DNA from: Promethearchaeota archaeon
GTDB taxonomy: Archaea > Asgardarchaeota > Lokiarchaeia > Sigyniarchaeales > SOKP01
Assembly: GCA_048938855.1 (NCBI GenBank)
Contig: JBHLLT010000010.1
Span: forward strand, 43,263-107,262
Direction: 5' to 3'
Length of the DNA: 64,000 bases
In this document: positions 1 through 10,062 of the stretch, one piece after another
Layout: the number at the start of each line of letters is the position of its first letter
How positions within the stretch are numbered: position 1 is the stretch's first letter
Position numbers and translations under genes: made by a program
The notes under the pieces: model-generated
What the model was told of the DNA's origin: nothing
Seen by the model: the letters and a program-made list of their open reading frames with translations, nothing else
Databases searched by the model: none

Positions 1-195
1 GATGATACATATGACAAAGCAATTTTAGTCAGTGGAGACTCAGATTTTTTAGATATAGTCCGAAAATTAAAAGAACTAAAAAAGGAAATTGAAATTTGGA
101 GTTTTAAGAAATCAATCTCTCGATTATTAATAGAAGAAGCTGGTAAAAAAAATGTGTACTTTATTGATGATATCATAGACAAAATAAAATATTAA
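1..195 (+). CDS. NYN (LabA/DUF88, PIN-like) domain protein, C-terminal fragment cut by the window edge
   Basis: Frame +1 reads DDTYDKAILVSGDSDFLDIVRKLKELKKEIEIWSF...YFIDDI to TAA at 193-195; the SGDSDF motif is typical of NYN domains. Confidence 0.85.
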   Translation, partial: DDTYDKAILVSGDSDFLDIVRKLKELKKEIEIWSFKKSISRLLIEEAGKKNVYFIDDIIDKIKY

Positions 196-475
196 GAAAA
201 AAAGGTAGTAGTTTAAAAAGAATGCTAAAGAATAAAAGTTGTTTTTCTAAACAAACTTCTCCTTTATGAGAGAATGTGAGAAGAATTTCTAATTAAATCA
301 TTCGCTAATCTCTTTTCCCTTCGAAAAAAATCTTCTCAAAAGTTCTCTCTTTTTAGAGGAAGTTTTTATTTTTCTCTCTTCAAAAATTGGACTATTTAAA
401 AAATAATAACAAAGAATTTTTATTTCTAAATATAATAAATTCTATTATCAAAATTTTAAAATTAATGGAAAAAAA

Positions 476-1045
476 ATGAGTGAAAACGATAAATATAGGC
501 ACCGCTATTATTATAAGGAGTCATATGAAGCGGCTATCGGAACGTTAGCTACAGGATGTGTTTTTCTTTTTGTTGCAATTGTATCACTTGTTCTTAGAGC
601 TATCCCTATAGACTTTATTGGACTTTCTGCATGGGGATATTGGCTTTTTATACCCGCATTTTTCATTTTTATAGGAGGATTTAACCAGCTTTACAGGAAT
701 GCAAAATATAAAAGAATTGTGAAGAATGCTCTTATCCAAAGAAATTTTCAAGGCACATACAAGCTAGAACATATTGCATTGGAAATTGGCATGAAACCAA
801 GTATCCTACTACGTGTACTATTAGATCTAAGAAATCAGGGAGTAGTGAAATATAGTTTTGATCCTGAAACAGGACAAATTATCTTAGGCCAGCCAATCAC
901 ATATACCCAAGCATCTGAATATGTTCCACCTCCTAAAAAAATTGAGGAGCCTTTAGAAACTGAAGGAAAAAATTATTGTGTTTATTGTGGTCATAAATTA
1001 GAGTCAACTGGAAATTTTTGTCCAAATTGTGGGTCTAAACTGTAA
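476..1045 (+). CDS. Membrane protein with 2 TM helices, a PCI-like winged helix and a C-terminal double zinc ribbon
   Basis: Two hydrophobic helices; LEHIALEIGM...LRNQGVVKYSFDPETGQI resembles the winged-helix end of PCI domains; CVYC/CPNC at the C-terminus. Confidence 0.65.
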   Translation: MSENDKYRHRYYYKESYEAAIGTLATGCVFLFVAIVSLVLRAIPIDFIGLSAWGYWLFIPAFFIFIGGFNQLYRNAKYKRIVKNALIQRNFQGTYKLEHIALEIGMKPSILLRVLLDLRNQGVVKYSFDPETGQIILGQPITYTQASEYVPPPKKIEEPLETEGKNYCVYCGHKLESTGNFCPNCGSKL

Positions 1046-1244
1046 TTATTTGTTTAGGTTAACTATAATTTTCTTTTTTTTTTTAAATTACTCCTTGTTA
1101 AAAATAAAATCGGCATTAATCTTGTTATTTATTCTCTCTCTCTAGCAAATATATTTGGAAATATTTATCAATTCAAAAGCAGATAATCTCAATGAAAGTT
1201 ATCATCACATTAAAAAAGAAATAAAAATAAAATTATATTTAAAT

Positions 1245-2669
1245 TTAGGATACCAGTTTTGCCTTTTTCTCAGAGTGTAGTTTCTTAGCATCTTCAGTTA
1301 ATTGAGTATATCTTTCTTTATTGATTGGGAAATAACTCATTGCTATTATTCCAATAATTAAAAATATTATTGGAAATATAACCATGAGACTTCGAAGACC
1401 AAATTCTACCCCATATGTTGCTGTGCTAAGATCGAAGATATTCCAATCAGTACCAATGAATACTAGTCCTATTGAGAGAAATACAACTACATTGGAAAAT
1501 TTTACAATGAAACCGTTTATTCCATAAAAATTACCCTCTCTTCTTGCTCCCGTTTTTAATTCATCCTCATCAATAATAGCCGCAATTGTAATGTCTCTTA
1601 CAATTAATACTCCAGCTAACCCTATTCCTAATAAGAAGAAGAATATAAAACCTAAGAGTACTCCTCTAATAAACATGAGAGGTATAAGTGTTGCTATAAA
1701 CACTATTAAAGATAATAGATAAGATCCTTTAGCACCAAGTTTATTTACTAATATACGCCATGGAAATACAAATATAGCAGCCGAAACAAAACCAGTACCA
1801 AGTATTAAAGATAATATTAAAGCATCTTGAACACCTAAACAAATAGCTCCATAAATTGGCATTAGAGTAGGTATCATATTAAATGCATACCATAATGCAA
1901 AATTCCCACAAACATATAGTCTGAACGACTTATATCCAAAAGTATATTTTAATGATTGTTTAAATGATGGAACTCTTTCATAATCTTTAGAAAACTCAAT
2001 TCTTTCTTTTAGTCCAAATTTAATAAAAATAAACCCCCCTATTGCGCAAATCACTGAAATTGCCACTGCAGCGAATATATACTGTAAATGTGTAGTTCCA
2101 ATAGGTACACCTTCACTGGTGTAATTATCAATGAACAATCCAGGCAATAAAAAAGCAATCAATAATGCTATCACTTGAAAAAATTGGATTGAATTATTAG
2201 CTTTTGACCTTTGATCCAAATCACGAAACATCTCTGGAAATAAACTAGTTTGGTTTAATGAATACATTGTATAGAAAAGCTCCCAAATTACAATTATTAT
2301 TAAGAAGTATATAAAAGATACAATATCAGATCCTCTAGGTGCAGTAAATAGTAGTATATTTATAACTAATAGGGGAATTATACCCATTATGATGAATGGT
2401 TTTCTACGACCCATTTTAAAGTGTGATCTATCAGAAATAGCACCGAGCATGGGATCATTAAAAGCATTCCATATTGACCATATTATGAAACCAAGAGATA
2501 TGAATACTGCTGGCAATTCTATTATAGAATAATAGAATGTAAATATCAGGAAAGTAAAAAATTGTAAAATTATTACATCTGTAAAGCCAGCAAAACTATA
2601 AAAAACAGCTTTTTTTAAGGTATATTCTTCTTCCACCTTGTTTTGTTTTTGAGACATAATTTTTTCCAA
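1245..2669 (-). CDS. MFS transporter, GPH/MelB (MFS_2) family
   Basis: About 12 TM segments; NDPMLGAISDR..GRRKPF and DE..TG.RREG motifs. Confidence 0.9.
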   Translation of the reverse strand: MEKIMSQKQNKVEEEYTLKKAVFYSFAGFTDVIILQFFTFLIFTFYYSIIELPAVFISLGFIIWSIWNAFNDPMLGAISDRSHFKMGRRKPFIIMGIIPLLVINILLFTAPRGSDIVSFIYFLIIIVIWELFYTMYSLNQTSLFPEMFRDLDQRSKANNSIQFFQVIALLIAFLLPGLFIDNYTSEGVPIGTTHLQYIFAAVAISVICAIGGFIFIKFGLKERIEFSKDYERVPSFKQSLKYTFGYKSFRLYVCGNFALWYAFNMIPTLMPIYGAICLGVQDALILSLILGTGFVSAAIFVFPWRILVNKLGAKGSYLLSLIVFIATLIPLMFIRGVLLGFIFFFLLGIGLAGVLIVRDITIAAIIDEDELKTGARREGNFYGINGFIVKFSNVVVFLSIGLVFIGTDWNIFDLSTATYGVEFGLRSLMVIFPIIFLIIGIIAMSYFPINKERYTQLTEDAKKLHSEKKAKLVS

Positions 2670-2888
2670 TCTGTTTATAATTTTTAGAAAGATGAATGCA
2701 AATAATTAATATTATTTTGTTCTTATCATTTATAAAAATTCAATCTACTGAATATTTTATTATAAATTTTCAATAATATACTGGGCTACAACCAGCTATT
2801 CATATTTCCACTAAATTCAGAGAGGCTTTTTTTTTAAATACCATATCGGTTTTAAATATATCAAATTGAATTTTCTCTGAGATGAAAT

Positions 2889-3359
2889 ATAATTTCTAAA
2901 GGCTTTATCAATAAAGATTCCATTGATATATCTATTGAAAATACTTCTACACAGGCTGATCCTAATAACTTCAACCCTAATGAAATTCAACAATTTGAAA
3001 AAAATAAAATATCTAAATTACTCTCAGAGTTATTTAACGAAGTAAAGTCCAAAGAGGATTTAAACTACATATCAAATATTTTGGCAAATATTCTTAACGA
3101 GAATAATATAAAATGTCAAAGTGAGACTGAGAAAAACAGATCCCCTTTTAATATAATTAGTATTGATGAATTCAAAAAGACAAAATCTATTATCTCAAGC
3201 GCAGAAAACGAATACCTTTCCATTTTGAATGATCTTCATGCAATTTTATTAAACTGCTCTGAATTTTCAAATTCCCAAAAACTAGATTTTTGTACAAACC
3301 AACGGTATTTTATGAAAAAATATTTGAAAGAAATCTTATTTAAGCTGAAATTGGTTTAA
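2889..3359 (+). CDS. Hypothetical protein, probably longer than the track ORF (3081 TTG)
   Basis: Frame is open from 2886 (after TGA 2883-2885): IISKGFINKDSIDISIENTSTQADPNNFNPNEIQQFEK...; only ATA/ATT/ATC are available as upstream starts. Confidence 0.45.
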   Translation: MISKGFINKDSIDISIENTSTQADPNNFNPNEIQQFEKNKISKLLSELFNEVKSKEDLNYISNILANILNENNIKCQSETEKNRSPFNIISIDEFKKTKSIISSAENEYLSILNDLHAILLNCSEFSNSQKLDFCTNQRYFMKKYLKEILFKLKLV

Positions 3360-3409
3360 TTCTTGAGATTCTAATTACAGAAAAAAGGAAAAAGAAAAAT
3401 TAAAATTTA

Positions 3410-4117
3410 TTAAGTCTTTAAACCTAGATACATCCAGATGGCAAATGTAGCCATAAGAACTCTAACCACACCAATAGCGAGAGGGATAATGAGAATTGAG
3501 TCTAATGCCCCACATACTACGAAAATTATAAAACCAATTGATAGAAATGTAAACTTTTTCCTCAAAGTACCTGTTGCTTGTTTTGCTTTTATTGCCATTC
3601 CTATTCCTAAAAAAACTAACGCTGATACTAAAAATACGGCTACTAAAATAAAGGTTGGATGAGCTCTATTAAAATCTGCATCGATAATACCATTAGGGAA
3701 CCTAAGTCCTATAAATTCAAATGATTGAAGAGGTTGAGTCCATAGAAAATATTCAAATATAACCCCTAAGACTACAAATATTCCTACAAGTATCCATTTT
3801 CTTTTAGGCATTATTAGTTCACCCCCTAAATACATAGCAAAAAACAGAGCTGGTGCAACCCAAGTATAACTTAAAAATACATAAATAACTGGTGGAGTGC
3901 CTGGGAGATTAGTATCCGTAATCAATTTCAAGAAAAAGTCAACAGTTGGGCCCAACCATAAAAAACCTACGAAAATCATAACCAAACCTGCTATCGAAAG
4001 CAGTTTTGCCTTCAATTTTATCGATTTAAAGAGAGAAAGGAAGCCGAATATTACTGACGAAGAAACTATAAGTGAAGCAGTTATTCCATCTAATAAGCCT
4101 TCAAAACCAATTGCCAT
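3410..4117 (-). CDS. Polytopic (6-7 TM) membrane protein of unknown function
   Basis: Alternating hydrophobic helices across 235 aa. Confidence 0.7.
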   Translation of the reverse strand: MAIGFEGLLDGITASLIVSSSVIFGFLSLFKSIKLKAKLLSIAGLVMIFVGFLWLGPTVDFFLKLITDTNLPGTPPVIYVFLSYTWVAPALFFAMYLGGELIMPKRKWILVGIFVVLGVIFEYFLWTQPLQSFEFIGLRFPNGIIDADFNRAHPTFILVAVFLVSALVFLGIGMAIKAKQATGTLRKKFTFLSIGFIIFVVCGALDSILIIPLAIGVVRVLMATFAIWMYLGLKT

Positions 4118-4255
4118 TCTTATTCACATTTTTATACAATTTTAAAATTATATATTTATTTATTTTATTTTTATTTATAATTATATTTTTTTTGATAATA
4201 AAAAAATGTAATATTGTTGATTAAAAGATATATTTTTTCCACAATCTTGACTTTT

Positions 4256-4813
4256 TTATGCAAGTTTCTTATAGAAAAAGGATTTTAATTTCTTTTCACC
4301 AATCTCATGCTCTAATCTATATTCAATCTTCAATAAAGAATCGAATCCTTCTAGTGGATATTTATGCGATATGAAAATCGTTCCAATTTTTGCGGTACTA
4401 AATACATGTTTAAGATATTTCTGCATTGAAGGTAACAGATAGATGTAAATATAGTCATATTTCTTTAAATTTAGTAAATAAAAATCTCCTAATTTTAATT
4501 TAATATTTCTAAATAACCTTTTACTATAGGTTCCTTCTTTTTTTAACGATCTTATTCTACTATTTGCCTCATTGATTAATTTATGATTAATTTCAATTCC
4601 ATAAGATTTGATCCGATGATTTAAAGCAGTAAAAATTATAACAGAGCCATTTCCTGCTCCTAAATCAATCAACTTTTGTTTTGAGTTATTCACCAGTCCA
4701 AATTTATGTTTTAAAGTCCAGATAATTTCATCTATATATTTATAATCTGTTTCTAAAAAAGGTAAATCTAATTGCGAATGAAATTTCTCAAAATTCATTT
4801 GTTTCTTCTTCAA
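4256..4813 (-). CDS. Class I SAM-dependent methyltransferase, probably FAM173/aKMT-like protein-lysine methyltransferase
   Basis: LPFLET, DLGAGNG motif I, GIEIN post-I, GDF, YIYLLP. Confidence 0.75.
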   Translation of the reverse strand: MKKKQMNFEKFHSQLDLPFLETDYKYIDEIIWTLKHKFGLVNNSKQKLIDLGAGNGSVIIFTALNHRIKSYGIEINHKLINEANSRIRSLKKEGTYSKRLFRNIKLKLGDFYLLNLKKYDYIYIYLLPSMQKYLKHVFSTAKIGTIFISHKYPLEGFDSLLKIEYRLEHEIGEKKLKSFFYKKLA

Positions 4814-5039
4814 TTTACACTCATTGGTTTTTTAGATAAAATCTTGGGAGATCTAAAATATTATAATTGAAATTGTTTAATAAATAGCTTTTTTATTTAT
4901 AAAAAAAAGACGTTATATTAATTCCGAGTTTTCCTAATATTAAAAGGTGTAAAAACTAAATAGTTCCAAGGTCTGACTTTAATACAATGTAACCTTTTAA
5001 TATTTTAAAATTTCTTTTTATTATATTAGCATTCTAGTC

Positions 5040-6044
5040 ATGGCAAATATATTAATAACTGGGGGTACTGGTTTTATTGGAGTTCCTTTAGTAAAAAATC
5101 TCTATAATTTAGGACATAACCTAAAGTTATTAATTAGAAAGACAAGCAATACAGAGGCCTTTCAAGATTTGAATAACATTGAATATGTTATCGGTGATAT
5201 TCGAGATCTTGATAGTTTAAGTCAAATCGCAAATAAAATTGATATAATTTATCATTTAGCAGCAAACACCCAAATTTGGTCAAAAGATAAATCAATATAT
5301 GAAGAAATAAATATTAGTGGTTCTGAAAACATCGCTAAAGTAGCATTAGAAAAAAATATCCTCTTAATTTTTATTAGTTCATTCTTTGCTATTGGTCCGT
5401 ATAATTGTGGCGAAGAACCTCCTAATTTTGAAACACATGAGAGAGACTTAGATTATTTTATGGATTATGAAAAATCTAAATGTGATAGCACCAAATTAAT
5501 TCAAGACTATAAAGAAAAGGGATTAAAATGCATTATTTTCTATCCAGGTTTTGTATATGGACCAGGAGATCTTAATTTTTATGGAAAATTAACAATAGAC
5601 CTTATTTTAGGAAAACTTCTTGGAGTTCCTAAAACTTCTGTTTCCAACTTTAGTATGGCTTACCTTTATGACATTGTAGAGCCTATGATAAATGTGATTG
5701 GTAGAAATGAATTAATAGGGAATGAATATTTTTTAGGTGGTGAAACAGTCTCAACAATCGATTACTTTGACTCAGTAGCCAAAATTGCTGGAGTGAAAAA
5801 GCCAAGAAAATTCCCCTTATCGATTGCTTTGTTGTATGGAAGATTGTGTGAACTTAGAGCTAAGATTTCAAAAAATAGAACTCCTTATATTACATGCGCC
5901 TTGATGAAAATGGCGACATACGATTGGGCATATTCATCTCAAAAAGCTATTGAAGATCTAGGATATGCAATAACTCCTTTTAAAGAGGGTTTAGAAAAAA
6001 CAGTTGAATGGTATATGGATTATATAGAGAAAGGAACAAAATAA
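5040..6044 (+). CDS. NAD-dependent epimerase/dehydratase (extended SDR, DFR/3-beta-HSD-like)
   Basis: TGGTGFIG, HLAA, YEKSK (YxxxK), VYGPGD. Confidence 0.9.
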   Translation: MANILITGGTGFIGVPLVKNLYNLGHNLKLLIRKTSNTEAFQDLNNIEYVIGDIRDLDSLSQIANKIDIIYHLAANTQIWSKDKSIYEEINISGSENIAKVALEKNILLIFISSFFAIGPYNCGEEPPNFETHERDLDYFMDYEKSKCDSTKLIQDYKEKGLKCIIFYPGFVYGPGDLNFYGKLTIDLILGKLLGVPKTSVSNFSMAYLYDIVEPMINVIGRNELIGNEYFLGGETVSTIDYFDSVAKIAGVKKPRKFPLSIALLYGRLCELRAKISKNRTPYITCALMKMATYDWAYSSQKAIEDLGYAITPFKEGLEKTVEWYMDYIEKGTK

Positions 6045-6059
6045 AGAGTAGGATAAAAA

Positions 6060-6539
6060 TTGTTAGAAGATGAGATGACGAGTCAAATTATAGATAAAAA
6101 AGCTTATAAGACAGAATTAGCCAGAAAATATACGCTTTTTCTTTCAAAATATCCTGAGATTTTTTCTGATTTGATTAATGGGTCAAACTTTGATTTTGCA
6201 CTTTATAATTCATTTGAAGCATATGATGATGAGTCTCCGGCTGATATATTTAATGTATATCGAAATGAAAATGGAATTGAAATAAAACCCGGGAGAGCTA
6301 TCGAGTCAGATTTGGAATTAGCACTTTCTGTAAATGCTGTTGAAAAATTAATCCAAACAAAAACGAAAGCAGAATATGCACAACTTTTAGGATCTTTTTA
6401 TAATAATCCAGATGAGCAAAAAGGGTGGATTGACTTTACATTACATAAAAGAACGCAAACTATAATTGAGATGGGCTACGGAAGATTTGCTCAAACTGCT
6501 GGTATCCTTGAAAATGATGGTAGTATAATAAAACTTTAA
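6060..6539 (+). CDS. Hypothetical protein, possible SCP2-like lipid-binding fold
   Basis: IEIKPGRAIESDLELALSVNAVEKLI resembles the SCP2 strand-D-strand-helix signature; similar to 8093..8500. Confidence 0.45.
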   Translation: MLEDEMTSQIIDKKAYKTELARKYTLFLSKYPEIFSDLINGSNFDFALYNSFEAYDDESPADIFNVYRNENGIEIKPGRAIESDLELALSVNAVEKLIQTKTKAEYAQLLGSFYNNPDEQKGWIDFTLHKRTQTIIEMGYGRFAQTAGILENDGSIIKL

Positions 6540-6575
6540 AAATCTTTGTTTTGAATTTAAAAAATTAAAAATTTC

Positions 6576-8081
6576 TTGTTTATAAAAATGTCAAAATCAC
6601 AAGAGTTAAGTATTAGAAATAAATACACTGGTGAACTTATAGGAACTGTTCCTGCAGATACACCGGAAACAGTTCGAAAAAAAATAAAAAAAGTATATAA
6701 TAAGCAAAACCTCCTAAATAAAATGGATTTTTTTGAACGGGCTCAACTTCTTTCGAAATTTGCCAGTAAATTACGTTTTAAGAAAAAAAAATTGAAAGAT
6801 ATGATTGTAGCAGAAGGAGGATTGCCAATAAAGTATTCTGAATGGGAGCTTAATGTAGTAACTAATGGTTTTAAATTTTGTGATTGGTATTATCAGTTTT
6901 TAAAAGAAAAACCTTTAACTAGTATTGAAGGAGAACAACTCGTTAGAATAAGATATCTTCCTCATGGTCTAGCAGCATGCATTTCTCCTCGTAATACTCC
7001 CATAAGTTTACCACTCTATCAATTAGGAGCAAACTATTTAGTCGGCAATGGAGCTATTGTTAAGCCATCCACAGCTTGCCCTTTAACTATGATAGAGGCA
7101 TATTCTATGATGGAAGAAATGGATTTACCTGCCCTTGAGGCTTTAGATTTGGTGATAGCTCCTGGTGAATGGGCGGTGGATGAATTTATCAAATCTCCTT
7201 TAATTAAAACTTTAATGACGATTACAGCTTCTCATACAGCAAAAGATATATTAGTTCGTTATGGAAGATTTTTGAAGAAAACTGTTGATAAATCAATGGG
7301 AGTTCCCATGTACACTCAACCGTTTAAACATTTCTTTTTTGAATGTGCGGGAAACGATGCAGGGATAGTCATGGATGATGTAAATTTAGAACAGGTGGCT
7401 AAATGGAATGCCATGGCTAGTTATACTAATTCAGGACAACAATGTTTTTCGATGAAAAGAATTATCGTACATAAAGATATATATGACGATTATATCGAAT
7501 GTCTTATCAAAGAAATTGAAGGGTTAAAATATGGAGATCCCACTGACCCTGATGTAGATATTGGCCCATTGGGAAGCAGGAAAATCTTAATGATGATGGA
7601 AGTAATGGTAGCTGACGCTAAAAAATACGGGGCTAAAATATACACAGGTGGCGATAAGATAGATACTGGAGAAGAATATGGGCTATTTTATAAACCAACT
7701 TTAATAGAAATAAAACCTGAATTATGTGAAGATTTAACTAAAGCTCCATTCCTATGGCGAGAAGAAGCCTTTGGTCCTGTTCGTTCCATTACTAAAGCTA
7801 ATGATATGAAAGATGCCATAAGGTTAGCAAATACTAGCAATTATGGTATGAGAGCGGTAACATACACTTCAAATCTTAAAAATATAGAGATTTTTAAGAA
7901 TGAATTAGAAGCCGCAAATATTTACATAAACGCCAGACCTATGCTCGTTGATATAACAGTTTCTCTTGGAGGTATTAAAGATTCTGCTTACCCTGCTGGT
8001 TGTAAGTATTATCCACAAGAATTAGTATATGGAAAATACATTTATGACGGTACCTCAATTAACTTGGAGAAAATAAAATAG
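6576..8081 (+). CDS. Aldehyde dehydrogenase family protein (likely start ATG 6588)
   Basis: SPRNTP, VKPS, ECAGND (catalytic Glu), SGQQC (catalytic Cys), EEAFGP, GGIKDS. Confidence 0.92.
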   Translation: MFIKMSKSQELSIRNKYTGELIGTVPADTPETVRKKIKKVYNKQNLLNKMDFFERAQLLSKFASKLRFKKKKLKDMIVAEGGLPIKYSEWELNVVTNGFKFCDWYYQFLKEKPLTSIEGEQLVRIRYLPHGLAACISPRNTPISLPLYQLGANYLVGNGAIVKPSTACPLTMIEAYSMMEEMDLPALEALDLVIAPGEWAVDEFIKSPLIKTLMTITASHTAKDILVRYGRFLKKTVDKSMGVPMYTQPFKHFFFECAGNDAGIVMDDVNLEQVAKWNAMASYTNSGQQCFSMKRIIVHKDIYDDYIECLIKEIEGLKYGDPTDPDVDIGPLGSRKILMMMEVMVADAKKYGAKIYTGGDKIDTGEEYGLFYKPTLIEIKPELCEDLTKAPFLWREEAFGPVRSITKANDMKDAIRLANTSNYGMRAVTYTSNLKNIEIFKNELEAANIYINARPMLVDITVSLGGIKDSAYPAGCKYYPQELVYGKYIYDGTSINLEKIK

Positions 8082-8092
8082 CTGTACGACTC

Positions 8093-8500
8093 ATGGATTC
8101 TAAAGAATTATTTTCTAAATTAAAATCTTATTTTCCTCACAACACTGATTTAATGAGACATTTAAGTGTAAATGCATGTTGGGAATACATTATTACAGAA
8201 AATTCATTAAACGAAAAAATTCCTAAACTACAATATTATTTATACAAAAAAAATGAAGAACAATTAGAGATGGTTAAAAAAAATCCGGGGATTAAACCGG
8301 ATTTAATTCTATATTTTACTGAGAATGCTATTTTGAAACTAATAACAAACAATCCTATAGCTGAGGATTATTATCTTCATTATCACAAAATGATGTATAA
8401 TCCTCATTCTGAAAAACAAGTGGATAATAAAATCAATAAACCTAGGTTAAAACTTCTTAAACTAGGCTATCAGAAATGGCAAAAAGACTTTAAATTCTGA
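8093..8500 (+). CDS. Hypothetical protein, possible SCP2-like fold, paralogue of 6060..6539
   Basis: KPDLILYFTENAILKLI...EDY...LKLGYQKW parallels SDLELALSVNAVEKLI...AEY...IEMGYGRF. Confidence 0.45.
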   Translation: MDSKELFSKLKSYFPHNTDLMRHLSVNACWEYIITENSLNEKIPKLQYYLYKKNEEQLEMVKKNPGIKPDLILYFTENAILKLITNNPIAEDYYLHYHKMMYNPHSEKQVDNKINKPRLKLLKLGYQKWQKDFKF

Positions 8501-8597
8501 AAAAAACAGATTCAATATACACTTTCACTTTTTTATAAAGTAATTCTTATATTATTTTGAGACTTAATAATTTCTATTAAAACTAATATAATGAGAA

Positions 8598-10022
8598 TTG
8601 AAAATGAATAAAGAAGAAATTTGTTATCTGGCTGCGTTTGAGCTATTAGAAAAAATTAAAACTCAAGAAATATCATCCCAAGAGATAACAGAAATTGTTA
8701 TAGAAAGAATTGAAAAAATCAATCCTGTAATTAATGCTTATTGTACACCTACATTTGATATGGCAAGAGAAGCTGCCAAAAAAGCAGATGATGCTGTTAA
8801 AAAGGGTGAGAAATTAGGATTATTACATGGAATCCCCACTTCAATCAAAGATGAAATGCCAATTAAAGGAGTAAGAACAACTTTTGGATCAAGATTATAC
8901 GAGAATAATATCCCCAATGAGGATGATGCATGTGTAGAAAGACTAAAAGACGCAGGAAGTGTAATTCTAGGAAAAACCAATATGAGCCCCTTTGGTTTTT
9001 TACACATAACTGATAATTTAATCTTTGGAGAAACTCGAAACCCATGGGATTTAGAACGAACTCCTGGTGGATCAAGCGGTGGGGCGGGAGCAGCTATAGC
9101 TTCTGGTTTAGGATATCTAGCATTGGCAGCTGATGGAGGTGGTTCAATTCGAGTTCCCTCTTGTTTATGTGGAGTTTATGGGATTAAACCAAGTTTCGGA
9201 AGAGTTCCTGTATATCCAACACATGGAGTACATTTTGAATCATTAATTCATTATGGTCCGATTGTAAGGTATGTAAAGGATGCTGCTTTAATGTTGGATG
9301 CAATAAAGGGCCCACATTATGGAGATATGTATTCTTTACCAGATCAATATATTAGTTATTCTGAAAAACTCGATGAAAAACCAAAAGAATTGAAGATAGG
9401 ATATTCTCTAGATTTAGGATTTGCAAAAGTTCTTGATTCAAAAATTAAAGAAAATTTCTTAAATATTATTCAAAAATTTGAAGAATTTGGTTGGAATGTT
9501 GATTCAGCAAAAATTAAGATTAGAAATCCTGAAAGAATTCTTATAACATATCATTCTGTTTTATTTGGTTATGATTTAATGACTAAATTGAGGGATTCCC
9601 GGGAACTGATACATCCAGGTCTTATTAAAGCTGCTGAAGCGGGATTAACGGCTACCGTGGGTGATTTTGCAAGATCGATGTCTCGACGCAAAGCGATATT
9701 TGAGAAATTTTATCAATTTTTTAACAATTATGACCTTTTATTAACACCTACAACTGGTTTGCCTGCATTTGAACTAGGAATACTATTTCCAACTCAAATT
9801 GATGGAAAAATGGTATCACCCACAGCATGGGCTCCTCTTGTGTCAGTGTTTAATATGACTGGTAACCCCGCCGCTTCTATCCCATGTGGTTGGTCTAATG
9901 AAGGTTTACCAATTGGTATGCAAATAGTTGGAAAACGCTTTGATGATTTAACAGTACTTCAAGTATCAAAAGCTTTTGAGGAGATAGCTCCTTGGCAAGA
10001 CAAAAGACCAAAATTTGCATAA
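8598..10022 (+). CDS. Amidase-signature family enzyme
   Basis: SIKD (Lys), GGSSGG, DGGGSIR (Ser-cisSer-Lys triad). Confidence 0.93.
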   Translation: MKMNKEEICYLAAFELLEKIKTQEISSQEITEIVIERIEKINPVINAYCTPTFDMAREAAKKADDAVKKGEKLGLLHGIPTSIKDEMPIKGVRTTFGSRLYENNIPNEDDACVERLKDAGSVILGKTNMSPFGFLHITDNLIFGETRNPWDLERTPGGSSGGAGAAIASGLGYLALAADGGGSIRVPSCLCGVYGIKPSFGRVPVYPTHGVHFESLIHYGPIVRYVKDAALMLDAIKGPHYGDMYSLPDQYISYSEKLDEKPKELKIGYSLDLGFAKVLDSKIKENFLNIIQKFEEFGWNVDSAKIKIRNPERILITYHSVLFGYDLMTKLRDSRELIHPGLIKAAEAGLTATVGDFARSMSRRKAIFEKFYQFFNNYDLLLTPTTGLPAFELGILFPTQIDGKMVSPTAWAPLVSVFNMTGNPAASIPCGWSNEGLPIGMQIVGKRFDDLTVLQVSKAFEEIAPWQDKRPKFA

Positions 10023-10062
10023 CCTTTATTTTTTTTTATTTTATTCTTTGTTTTTTCAAAGG

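Noticed and set aside
8598-10022. GatA amidotransferase subunit
   Set aside because: Lacks the GatA-type MDEFAMGS segment and has no gatB/gatC neighbours; called a generic amidase
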